Shown here: one piece after another, positions 44,295 through 53,842 of the stretch | Position numbering within the stretch: the first letter of the stretch is position 1 | Layout of the letters: each line of letters begins with the position of its first letter | Origin: Nanobdellati archaeon | Lineage (GTDB): Archaea; EX4484-52; GLR71 | Assembly: GCA_019429005.1 (NCBI GenBank) | Contig: JAHYJR010000003.1 | Span: 7,961 to 71,960 of the forward strand | Direction: 5' to 3' | Length of the DNA stretch: 64,000 nucleotides | The notes under the pieces: model-generated | What the model was told of the DNA's origin: nothing | The model's input: the letters and a program-made list of their open reading frames with translations, nothing else | Database searches by the model: none | Position numbers and translations under genes: made by a program

Positions 44295-45239
44295 TTATTT
44301 TATCTTTTCGCGCAAAATACAAACTTTACAAACCTCATTTGAAGCTGGTTCACCACACATTTTACAAGTCGCAATCTCTGAACCCGAAAAATCTTTTCTA
44401 AAAACAGGAAGCGTCCTATCAAAAGACTTAACAATAGAATATTTTGTACCAGGATATTTATCTTCAAGAGAATTAATAATATCACGCATATCCCATCTAA
44501 AACTTTCACTAGCATAAGGACACTCGCCAAAATCAACATCAAACCCTTTAAGAAGAACATAAAGACCCGTATCTTTTTCAAGAACATTGCGCAAAGGCTT
44601 GATACGTGGTATAAATCGTTTATCCTCAATAACAAACGCTTTCGCACCCAAACGCACCTGACGAAGCATATCGCCACGCACATAATTTGCCATTATAGAT
44701 TGAGATTCATCATCAAGATTATGTCCTATTACAAGCTTTGTAGCACCATATTTTCTTGCAGTTTTATTTAAAATATCACGTCTAAACACACCACAAAAAG
44801 TGCATGCTTTAAGTTTTGTTGAATCTCGCATAGAGACAATCTGATCAAGAGTCTTGCCATACTCTTTTTTAAATGATGCAACATGAAGTTTCACACCAAT
44901 CTCTTTACAAAACTTTTTTGATGAAACTAAACTTTTATTACGATAGCCCTTAATACCTTCATCAATTATAACTGCAAAAATCTCTAAATCATCCCTTTTT
45001 AAGAAAAGTTTATTTAAAAAATATAATGTCAAAATTGAATCTTTACCACCAGAAAGTGCAATACAAAGCTTATCATGTCTTTCAATAAGACTATTTTGAC
45101 GTATCGTTTTACGGATTGTAGACTCAACACTTTCAAAAAAATGTTTTCGGCAAAGTGCACGACCTTCATATTTTCGATATATTACTGCATCTTTTCCACA
45201 ATTGCATTTTAAAACTTGCATACATCTATTAAAAGACAA
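44295..45239 (-). CDS. TtuA/Ncs6(NcsA)-family tRNA 2-thiolation PP-loop ATPase with N- and C-terminal zinc fingers
   Basis: PP-loop SGGKDS, N-terminal CNCG...C..H and C-terminal CKMCG...CKVC zinc fingers, and a central CTFCGVFRR motif typical of TtuA/TtcA proteins. Confidence 0.8.
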   Translation of the reverse strand: MSFNRCMQVLKCNCGKDAVIYRKYEGRALCRKHFFESVESTIRKTIRQNSLIERHDKLCIALSGGKDSILTLYFLNKLFLKRDDLEIFAVIIDEGIKGYRNKSLVSSKKFCKEIGVKLHVASFKKEYGKTLDQIVSMRDSTKLKACTFCGVFRRDILNKTARKYGATKLVIGHNLDDESQSIMANYVRGDMLRQVRLGAKAFVIEDKRFIPRIKPLRNVLEKDTGLYVLLKGFDVDFGECPYASESFRWDMRDIINSLEDKYPGTKYSIVKSFDRTLPVFRKDFSGSEIATCKMCGEPASNEVCKVCILREKIK

Positions 45240-45281
45240 AACTTTAAAAAAAGAGAGATTTAGTACAGATATTTAAACTTT

Positions 45282-46328
45282 TTATTTAACAGATTGTGCT
45301 GAAATAGGCATATTTTCAACCACATACACATCATCAAACTTTACAAATAAAAGATATACAAATGACAAAATGCCTGTAAAAAACATCGCAATACGGAAAA
45401 AGAAAAACATTGTAAATGCAACCATCAAAGGATAAATAAACTTAATAATATCAAAAAGATTTGAAAGCATCTGTAAATTATTATCTACGCTGCTAGAAAC
45501 ATCTAAATCATCAAACGTGGAATCAATTAAATCAAACTGTGCATCGATATTAGCTTTGACATCCTTATCAATATAAACCATACTGCTATTCAGCGCAGAA
45601 AAACATTTCTGACGTTCCAAAGGCGTAAGTCCATAAGATTCATCAAAAACAGAGTACAATAAAGCCTGCTCAAGACCCTCAAGCATCGCATAATTTGCAT
45701 TTTTCTGAGACTCAATGGCTACACTCTGAATATCACCCAAATCATCTTCAGACATATTAAGTGTTGAGGTAAGCATAGAATCAATTTCATTTGATGCCAA
45801 AAGCGGATTATTAAAAACATATATTAAAAGAGCAAATGTAAAAATCAATGAAAACACAGAAAATGCCTTTGATAAAGCCACCCCTGCAAGTTTCTTATAT
45901 GGCGGTTTTTTATAAATATCAGAAATTTTTGCACCTTTAAAAACTATAAAAAATGAAATAAATACACTTAAACTTGCAACAATATTAAAAAACGTAAATC
46001 CACCAAAAAATAATGTGAAAATAGATAATAACAAAGGTGTTATAAGTATAGAATAATCGGATTTTAAATCAGCTATAACAATCTTAAAAAATATAATAAA
46101 AGGTATGGGCACAGTCAAAAGAAACATTATAAAATAACTGAAATTCATACCAAATGAAAAATCACCAGCAGACATTGCTGTAGAAATATTTGCACTAGGC
46201 GAGATAATCAAATCAAGATTAAAATGTGATAAGTATAAGAAAATAAAAGATAATATAAATGTAAAAACAACAAGCATAAGACCTTTATTTTTATCCATAA
46301 TGACAACCATTTTAATATTATTTATCAT
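45282..46328 (-). CDS. Polytopic membrane protein of unknown function. Its start overlaps the stop of the upstream IPT-repeat surface protein by 4 nt.
   Basis: At least 6 hydrophobic helices. 4-nt start/stop overlap with the 2,110-aa gene (translational coupling). Confidence 0.6.
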   Translation of the reverse strand: MINNIKMVVIMDKNKGLMLVVFTFILSFIFLYLSHFNLDLIISPSANISTAMSAGDFSFGMNFSYFIMFLLTVPIPFIIFFKIVIADLKSDYSILITPLLLSIFTLFFGGFTFFNIVASLSVFISFFIVFKGAKISDIYKKPPYKKLAGVALSKAFSVFSLIFTFALLIYVFNNPLLASNEIDSMLTSTLNMSEDDLGDIQSVAIESQKNANYAMLEGLEQALLYSVFDESYGLTPLERQKCFSALNSSMVYIDKDVKANIDAQFDLIDSTFDDLDVSSSVDNNLQMLSNLFDIIKFIYPLMVAFTMFFFFRIAMFFTGILSFVYLLFVKFDDVYVVENMPISAQSVK

Positions 46329-49300
46329 ACTGTGTATTTCTCAAGAGTTTTCTGATTTGTTCCAACAGATTTAGATGATTTTGATTTAAAAACATCCTTT
46401 AATTTCTTAAAAAACTCTTTAACATCATGCTTAAAACCTATAATAAATTTAGTCTGTTTGTTACGATACTCATAACTAAAAGAATTATTAGTATGTATTT
46501 TAGGTGCAACTGCTTTATGATGTGCAACAGCACCATGTGCAACAGCACCATGTGCAACAGCACCATGTGCAACAGCACCATGTGCAACAGCACCATGAGC
46601 AACAGCACCATGTGCAACAACAGTATTATAACTATGCTCATGACCCGATTTAACTGTATCTGTTTTAGATTCAACATAATTCTTATATGCTAAATATAAA
46701 GCTGATTTACCTGGCATCATATAACCTTTATTATTATCAAAACCGGTCTCCTCTTTTGGTGGCAACCACATATACAGGAAAACACCAAGCATAATAATTA
46801 TCAAAAATAAAACAAAAATAGTCTTAAATGTATCTAATCCGACATCAACTAAACCATTATGTACAAAACCTATATCTGAATCCAGTTTTGTTATAAGCTG
46901 TTCAATCTGATTCTTTTTATCGTATGCAGACTTATAATCGCCAACATTGACAGCACTTTTCAGATCTTTAAACAATGTATTAATATCACCTAAAGTCACA
47001 TTCAAAACTTGATATTCACTATCATTAATCTTACCAATCAAGCTTTCAAGAACATCCTGAATTAAGGATATATTTGTTTCAATACCAGAAATACCATTAA
47101 TCAGCACAGTCGTACTAGCATTATCAGGCAAAACAGAAATAACAATAGAATCTGTTGTATTAAACTGTTCAGAACTGATTTTAACATTAATTGGTATATC
47201 TTTAATCCCTGTATTATTAGGCACTGTAATTTTAACAGAATAAGTTGCAATCTGATCTTTACCAAGATATGAAATCAAATTTGGACTTATTGAATACCAA
47301 TTACTTATGTTTTCACCAAAATCACTTGACGAAAATGCAACTTTAAGATTTTTAACAGAGTAGGTCCCAGCATTTTTCAATTTTAAATCAAATGATTTAC
47401 TTTCACCAACAACAATCTGTGGATTTGATTTATCAACAAGATCAAATGAATAAGTATGAGGTAAACATTTATGTAAAGATACAAATTCTTTTGCAACATC
47501 ACAGGATACAGAAGTACACACTGAATTAACACATGCTTTTGTAGATGAACAATCAGTATTCGATGTACAACTATCAGTATTTGTTGTCGTTGCTGTAGTT
47601 GATACTGGAGATTCTGCAGGTGGTGTAGTTACAACAGTACAAGTAAATGTTGAGATTGGTTCATTAAGGTTTGAAGTTCTTTCAATCTTTATTGTTTTTG
47701 CACCAGAACACGAAGTTGGAATTACAAATGTATTAGCACCATAAATTTGACCTAATGAATTTATAGATACAGTCTTTTGGAAAACATCATCAAAAGTAAT
47801 ATTTGCGTAAGTTTCAGATGCCGAAAAACCAGTTCCAGACACCGTAACTGTAATTGAATTCGCAACAATACCAGATTCTGGAGATATTGTAATAATTGGT
47901 TTTACAGTAAATACATTTGTAAATGTTTTACCATTAACAGTTATACTCTTCACACCTTCAATCAAAGTGCTTGACACAATGATTTGTTTTGATGTGAATG
48001 CACCATTAACAATCTCAAACGCAGAATGTGTCGTTGCTGAACCACTAACAGTTATTGTGTTTGCACCTATTGTCTGATCTGAAAAACCCGTACCCGATAA
48101 AGTTATTATCTGGCCAGACGCACCATAACCAAGAATAGGTGTCAATGATAAAGTTGCAACAACAGTATAAGAATCAATAAATGTTTTCTCTTGGATTGTT
48201 ATTGATTTTGAACCTTCACTAAGAGTCTCTGTAATTGTGACCGAAACAGGTGCAAAAGTACCATCAGATGCAACAGTTATTGCAGCATGTGTAGTCGCAG
48301 AACCGCCTATAGTTATTGTATTTGCTAAAATTTGTCCAGGACTGAAATAACTACCATTAATAATAACCACTCTTGATGCAGCACCAGTTCCAAAAGAAGG
48401 ATTTACATAAATCAATGAATCCTCTAAATAAAAATTAGTATCAAGACTGTAACCTTGAACTGAAAAACTACTCGCACCACCTGATAGTTCAGGCACAGTA
48501 AAGCTGAGATCTGTAAAAGAACCATTTACAGGCATAACAGCCCAATGCGTTCCAGAAACACCACCTATAGTTATATTGCTTGAACTTATAAGAGCATCTT
48601 TGAACCCAGTACCGTTTATAATTATATTTGTACCGTAAGTCCCAGATTGAACACTTGCTGAAATCTTTGGTTTTATTGCTATTGAAACCGGCGTTGGATT
48701 TGAAGTTCCAACAGTATCAATATTATAACTATTTTCAGGCATTTCAACAACATTGAAACTTGCAGAGAAACTACCAAGATTTGTTGCGTTAACAGATGCA
48801 ACAACAGTTCCATCAAAAATAACATTTACAGACTCATTTGAGGTAAATCCTGTTCCTGTAACAAAAATTGTGTCGCCTACATTTGTTTCTGTTACGTTCA
48901 AAAGTATTTTTGGATTAACTGTTAAAGTTTCAGAATCAGCCTCATCAGTATCAACAATATAAGTACCACTACTAATCTCGGGAACTGTAAACAACACTTT
49001 AAATGCACCATTACTAGATGAGATTTTATCTGTAGATTCAATCACATTACCAACCAATAAATCAGATGGGATTGGATCATTTGTAACTGTTGTAAGATTT
49101 ACACCATCAAAATCAATATAATAACCACCATAAGAATCATTAAATCCTGTACCATACACAAGCACAACATCCCCAACATTAACAGATGTTGCATTTAAAA
49201 CCAAATCAGCTAAATTTGTTGAAGTTGAATAAAAGAACGCGTCAGAAAAGACAACACCAAACACAGTCATATCTTTTACACCATAAGATTCATCTCCCAA

Positions 49301-52300
49301 ATTTGGTATCTCAAACTTAAACCCATCATCAACACTAAAATTACCATCAGAATATATTGTCCAGGGTACATGAGTACAATTTGTTGTATTTAAGAGAGTG
49401 GTATTCGCTAAAACAGAACCACTTGACTGATTAAAACCATGACCAGTAAATTTTATTTTATAACCCGGACCACCAGACCTTGAAGTAAATCCTGTAATAA
49501 ACGGAGATATATTAAAACCATCATTTCCATAAGTTGAAATTGTTCCAGATAAATTACCATTCACACTCAACTGAACAAGACCAGCCAAATGATCCGGAAC
49601 TATAATTGAAATATTAGACATAAATGTACCATCAGATTTTACAGTAGTGCTTATTGGACTTCCAACTAACGGCAAAGTATCAAACTTAAAAGTATCAATA
49701 CTTTCACCAGATACAAAACCGGTACCACTCAAAATAATAGTATCACCAAAATGACCACTATTTAAAGATAGTTTCAAACTAGGAACTAGATTAAAGGTAT
49801 CATTTACAAATGATGCACTAAGATCTTGTACAGTAATCACACTATAACCACCAGATTTTCCAGAAACACTAGGTATTGTATAGTTCAATCCTGAAAAATA
49901 ACCAGTTGATGGAATTACAATTTTATGTATACCTCTGACACCATTAATAGCTATAGTATTCTGTAAAATAGCACCATCTTTAAAACCAGTACCTGTCAAA
50001 ACAACAACATCACCGACACCCGCTGTGGTTATCACAGTCACATTTATTGCAGGATTAACAGTAAAATTAACATCACTATATATTTGACCAGTTGAACCAT
50101 CATTAGCACTTATTCGCCTTTGACCGTTTGTAGAATTAGGTATTGTGATATTAACATTAAAATTACCATTACTGATAGAATTTCCAGCACTAACCGAAAC
50201 ACCATCAAAATACACAACAAGATTACCACTCTGACCTGAATTAAAACCAGTCCCCGTAACAAGAACAATATCACCAACAATACCAATTGAAGAGGAAATT
50301 ACAACTTTAGGATCAATTGTTAATTGAGCTGATGCAGTCGTATTTGTACCAACCACTTGTACAGTGTAAGAACCTTGATTCTTATCAGAAGGTATTGTAA
50401 AAGTTATATTTGAAACAAAGTCACCATTACTTCCAACAACAGTTGTTGATGAACTGATACTTGGACCACCAAAATAAATAGAACTAACAGTTTCACCAGG
50501 AACAAAACCAGTACCAAACACGTTTACAGTATCACCAATATTGCCTGACGAATTATAAAGGATTAAATTTGGACTCAAAATAAATGATGTAGAAGTTGAT
50601 GTAGTTCCAATAAAAGACGAACTACTTTGTATATGTGGTATAGTCACATTTATAGAAAAAGCACCATTTGAATCAGTAACAAAAGTATCATCAAGAAAAT
50701 AACTGGTTGATTTATTATACCTTATTGAATTCCCACCATCATTTGCAGCAAAATTAGAACCATACACAGTTACAATATCACCAACATATCCCGAAGCGGC
50801 ACTTAATTCAATCTTTGCAGTTTCTGAAACATTCGAATAAATAAACAAAACATCACTAACACTACTAAATGCCGTAACATTACCAACCGCATCTACATAA
50901 TAATAATTAACACCGCTTGGTTTATCCCCAACATCAACTTCAGATGAAAAAGTTCCATCTATACCAACTAAAATATTGCTAGACCCCCTAAGAATTCCAC
51001 CAATAGTAACATTAACAATTTCGTCCGCAACAAATCCAGTACCATTAACTAAAATAGTCTGACCCACAGCAGCTGAACTCTGATTCAATATCAACTTAGG
51101 AAGAATTGTAATATTACTGAGAGCAACAACAGTTGTCATATTTTCATTACGAGACACATCAACAGTATAAACACCACCAGATAACGGAGGAACAACAAAA
51201 TAATTAGATGCATTTGAAAATAACCCAGAACCAATAACCCCTGTTGGGATAACAACATTACCATTAAAAGTCACATTAAGTGATTCACTCACATTAAATC
51301 CATAACCAAAAACATAAACACTATCCCCTACATAAGCCGAATCAGAACTAACATTAAGTTGCGGCGATACAATAAAACCTTCATCACTACGAGTTACAAC
51401 AAGACCTGTACTAACACCAGAAACTGATACAGGATAACTTGAACTAGCATAACCAAATGGCAATTTAAACACAATCGGTGCTTCGAAACTACCATTAGCT
51501 AACACAATCGCTTTCTCAACCAAATATGTTGGAACAACACTATTAAATTTAGCATTGCTTACAACATCACCATAAATAAAACCATACCCATTAATTGAAA
51601 GAGATTCACCTAAAATACCTGTTGTTGAATTAATAAGAATTTTAGGAACAATAGAAAGCACTTTACTTGTCAAATTAGACTGTGATGTTGTAATATTAAG
51701 TGTTCTTGAAACAGCCGGAATATTTAAAGCAACATAGGGAACTGTAAAATTATAATTAAATGTGCCGTTCACATTAGCCGAAATACTGTCATCATAAATA
51801 AAAACAAGAGCAGGATTTAAAAGACTGTAAGCCAAATCACCAAAAGTCAGATTAATTTCACTTTCTAACGACTTAAAACCAGTACCTATTATCTCAATAA
51901 CATCATTTGGACTCGGAGATGAAACATTCAACACAATTTTAGGCAAAACAGTAAATTCAAAAGTGATGCCTGTCGAATTATCACCACTCACAGTAACGTT
52001 CGTATTTGCAACATCAGATGCACTCTCAGGTATAATTATATTAACTGAAAATAATCCATCACTTGTTGCATTCAAAGTATCATAACTTAAATTACCCTCA
52101 TTGATAGCAGAAGTTACACCAGTCGCTGTAAAATTATAGATAACATTACCACCAAAACTGACATTTAGATATTTCTCAACTGAAGCAAAACCATAACCAT
52201 ACACAGTTATAATATCACCGACATACCCTGAAGCAGTTGATAAATTGACTTTAGGATTAATAGAAAAATTGCTTGAAGAATAAATAACATTTGACCCATT

Positions 52301-52657
52301 TGAACTAGTATAACAAAAACTTGTACTATTATAATAACATAATCCTGTTACAGAAACAGTATAATTTGCCATGGATTTTAGAGGTACAATAAAAGATATC
52401 GTTGAATTGAAATTTCCAGTTGAATTTACAGGAACATCCACAATATCAAATAATGTTGAACCAAAATAAACAAAACTTATTGTATCAGTTTCATTAAAAC
52501 CAGTGCCAAAAATAGTAACATTTGTACCAACAACACCCGTTGAAACACTTAAACTTACCTGTGGTAAAGCATAAGCAGAAGATATTAACATCAAACTAAA
52601 CAATAAAGAGACTAAAAACACAAACAATGATATCTTTTTCGGTATTTTATTAACCAT
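46325..52657 (-). CDS. 2,110-aa surface protein with about 20 tandem IPT/TIG-like Ig-fold modules, a Thr-rich linker, Cys-rich and CARDB-like beta-sandwich domains, one TM helix and a His-rich cytoplasmic tail
   Basis: Signal peptide ISLFVFLVSLLFSLMLISSAYA. Repeating signature P.(I/L).L..S.G.VGD.(I/V).V.GTGF about every 90 aa. TM IFVLFLIIIMLGVFLYMWL. Tail contains (AVAHG)x6. Confidence 0.85.
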   Translation of the reverse strand: MVNKIPKKISLFVFLVSLLFSLMLISSAYALPQVSLSVSTGVVGTNVTIFGTGFNETDTISFVYFGSTLFDIVDVPVNSTGNFNSTISFIVPLKSMANYTVSVTGLCYYNSTSFCYTSSNGSNVIYSSSNFSINPKVNLSTASGYVGDIITVYGYGFASVEKYLNVSFGGNVIYNFTATGVTSAINEGNLSYDTLNATSDGLFSVNIIIPESASDVANTNVTVSGDNSTGITFEFTVLPKIVLNVSSPSPNDVIEIIGTGFKSLESEINLTFGDLAYSLLNPALVFIYDDSISANVNGTFNYNFTVPYVALNIPAVSRTLNITTSQSNLTSKVLSIVPKILINSTTGILGESLSINGYGFIYGDVVSNAKFNSVVPTYLVEKAIVLANGSFEAPIVFKLPFGYASSSYPVSVSGVSTGLVVTRSDEGFIVSPQLNVSSDSAYVGDSVYVFGYGFNVSESLNVTFNGNVVIPTGVIGSGLFSNASNYFVVPPLSGGVYTVDVSRNENMTTVVALSNITILPKLILNQSSAAVGQTILVNGTGFVADEIVNVTIGGILRGSSNILVGIDGTFSSEVDVGDKPSGVNYYYVDAVGNVTAFSSVSDVLFIYSNVSETAKIELSAASGYVGDIVTVYGSNFAANDGGNSIRYNKSTSYFLDDTFVTDSNGAFSINVTIPHIQSSSSFIGTTSTSTSFILSPNLILYNSSGNIGDTVNVFGTGFVPGETVSSIYFGGPSISSSTTVVGSNGDFVSNITFTIPSDKNQGSYTVQVVGTNTTASAQLTIDPKVVISSSIGIVGDIVLVTGTGFNSGQSGNLVVYFDGVSVSAGNSISNGNFNVNITIPNSTNGQRRISANDGSTGQIYSDVNFTVNPAINVTVITTAGVGDVVVLTGTGFKDGAILQNTIAINGVRGIHKIVIPSTGYFSGLNYTIPSVSGKSGGYSVITVQDLSASFVNDTFNLVPSLKLSLNSGHFGDTIILSGTGFVSGESIDTFKFDTLPLVGSPISTTVKSDGTFMSNISIIVPDHLAGLVQLSVNGNLSGTISTYGNDGFNISPFITGFTSRSGGPGYKIKFTGHGFNQSSGSVLANTTLLNTTNCTHVPWTIYSDGNFSVDDGFKFEIPNLGDESYGVKDMTVFGVVFSDAFFYSTSTNLADLVLNATSVNVGDVVLVYGTGFNDSYGGYYIDFDGVNLTTVTNDPIPSDLLVGNVIESTDKISSSNGAFKVLFTVPEISSGTYIVDTDEADSETLTVNPKILLNVTETNVGDTIFVTGTGFTSNESVNVIFDGTVVASVNATNLGSFSASFNVVEMPENSYNIDTVGTSNPTPVSIAIKPKISASVQSGTYGTNIIINGTGFKDALISSSNITIGGVSGTHWAVMPVNGSFTDLSFTVPELSGGASSFSVQGYSLDTNFYLEDSLIYVNPSFGTGAASRVVIINGSYFSPGQILANTITIGGSATTHAAITVASDGTFAPVSVTITETLSEGSKSITIQEKTFIDSYTVVATLSLTPILGYGASGQIITLSGTGFSDQTIGANTITVSGSATTHSAFEIVNGAFTSKQIIVSSTLIEGVKSITVNGKTFTNVFTVKPIITISPESGIVANSITVTVSGTGFSASETYANITFDDVFQKTVSINSLGQIYGANTFVIPTSCSGAKTIKIERTSNLNEPISTFTCTVVTTPPAESPVSTTATTTNTDSCTSNTDCSSTKACVNSVCTSVSCDVAKEFVSLHKCLPHTYSFDLVDKSNPQIVVGESKSFDLKLKNAGTYSVKNLKVAFSSSDFGENISNWYSISPNLISYLGKDQIATYSVKITVPNNTGIKDIPINVKISSEQFNTTDSIVISVLPDNASTTVLINGISGIETNISLIQDVLESLIGKINDSEYQVLNVTLGDINTLFKDLKSAVNVGDYKSAYDKKNQIEQLITKLDSDIGFVHNGLVDVGLDTFKTIFVLFLIIIMLGVFLYMWLPPKEETGFDNNKGYMMPGKSALYLAYKNYVESKTDTVKSGHEHSYNTVVAHGAVAHGAVAHGAVAHGAVAHGAVAHGAVAHHKAVAPKIHTNNSFSYEYRNKQTKFIIGFKHDVKEFFKKLKDVFKSKSSKSVGTNQKTLEKYTV
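46516..46620. repeat. 15-bp tandem repeat (caccatgtgcaacag, about 7 copies). It encodes the (HGAVA)n tail of the IPT-repeat protein.
   Basis: Directly visible perfect and near-perfect 15-nt units at 46531-46620 with a degenerate leading copy. The period is a multiple of 3, so copy-number change keeps the frame. Confidence 0.9.
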
Positions 52658-52802
52658 CTGATAAACCTTATAAATCGATTACTTAACAACTTCGCTAAAA
52701 ACTATTATATATTTATGTGAATTGTTAAAAAATATTGATTTTTAACATCACATTTTGAACATCATATATCACTAAAATAATTAAGACATGTAAGTATAAA
52801 TA

Positions 52803-53510
52803 TTAATATTCAATAAGGTTCTGTGCAATATCTGATATAACTTTAGCAGGTTGAGATAAAGGCGAATAATCAACAACAGGCATACCTACAGCAATACTTT
52901 CCCTAACGTGCTTATGATCCTCAATTCTTGCAATAATGGGAACATCTAAAAATGAACCAATAGCATCTGATTTAATCTCAAAGGAATCGCCATGTATTTG
53001 ATTGATAACAACACCTAATACAGTCTTAGACATATTATGACATAACCTTAAAGCAAGAGCAACATTTGATACAGCAGTCAATTCAGGCGTAGTTACAAGC
53101 ATAACTGCATCAGAACATGAAACGGCAGCATAAACTTCAGATTCAATACCAGCTGCAACATCAATAATAACATAATCGTAATAACCAACAAGATTAGAAA
53201 TCACATTTTTAAACCCAGACATATCACCATCTAACCTTGTAAGTGATGCTGGAATTATATCAACACCACTTCCATGACGATACATAGCACCCGATAAATC
53301 AATAGAACCATCAAGCACATCATTTAATGAATTATCATACTGTACAAGCCCAAGATGAACACTTAAATTAGCTCCAGTTATATTAGCATCAATAACAGCT
53401 ACACGTTTATCTAAATGACTTAATGCAACAACAAGATTGCTTACAAGCGTAGTCTTACCGACGCCACCTTTACCAGATATTACAGATATTACACGACTCA
53501 CTCTAATCAT
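52803..53510 (-). CDS. minD: MinD/ParA-family P-loop ATPase (deviant Walker A)
   Basis: ISGKGGVGKTT deviant Walker A and the overall MinD/Mrp-like sequence. Confidence 0.85.
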   Translation of the reverse strand: MIRVSRVISVISGKGGVGKTTLVSNLVVALSHLDKRVAVIDANITGANLSVHLGLVQYDNSLNDVLDGSIDLSGAMYRHGSGVDIIPASLTRLDGDMSGFKNVISNLVGYYDYVIIDVAAGIESEVYAAVSCSDAVMLVTTPELTAVSNVALALRLCHNMSKTVLGVVINQIHGDSFEIKSDAIGSFLDVPIIARIEDHKHVRESIAVGMPVVDYSPLSQPAKVISDIAQNLIEY

Positions 53511-53652
53511 ATAAATTATAGCTTACAAGGTATAAAAATCTATCTTAAAGAACAAAAAATAATCTTTAACTTATAGAAAAAAACATTTGTCAAAATCAAA
53601 TAAAAAGTATCCAAAAAATAGACTAAAACAGTTTAGAACCCCTTACTAAAAC

Positions 53653-53762
53653 AGCTAAAAACAGATACAAAAACGACTAAAAACATATACAAAAACGACT
53701 AAAAACATATACAAAAACGACTAAAAACATATACAAAAACGACTAAAAACATATACAAAAGC
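53653..53762. repeat. 5 x 22-bp tandem direct repeat (gactaaaaacatatacaaaaac) with phased A5 tracts, between the S-layer gene 3' end and the minD start
   Basis: Units at 53675-53696, 53697-53718, 53719-53740 and 53741-53762, plus a degenerate copy at 53653-53674. A-tracts recur every 10-12 bp. Confidence 0.9.
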
Positions 53763-53780
53763 ACATTAAAAACTAAGATA

Positions 53781-53842
53781 AAATAAGAAAAAATAAATAG
53801 GGCGTTTAAGCCCTAAAAAATAAAATAAGGTTAAAAACCTTA
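53781..53842 (-). terminator. Two successive hairpin plus T-run terminators for the S-layer gene
   Basis: Hairpin 1 is taaggtt-aaa-aacctta (53826-53842). It incorporates the TAA stop and is followed on the coding strand by TTATTTTATTTTTT. Hairpin 2 is tagggc-gtttaa-gcccta (53798-53815), followed by TTTATTTTTTCTTATTT. Confidence 0.55.

Noticed and set aside
46427-46693. ORFs on both strands (88 aa MCNSTMCNST... and 79 aa MVLLHMVLLH...) over the 15-bp tandem repeat
   Set aside because: Both are frame artefacts of the caccatgtgcaacag repeat. The long 2,110-aa frame runs through the same sequence, encoding (AVAHG)n, and is the real gene.
53653-53762. Possible CRISPR array (the same applies to 56785-56894)
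   Set aside because: The 22-bp units are directly adjacent with no spacers and no repeat-internal dyad symmetry. No cas genes are nearby. These are plain tandem direct repeats.
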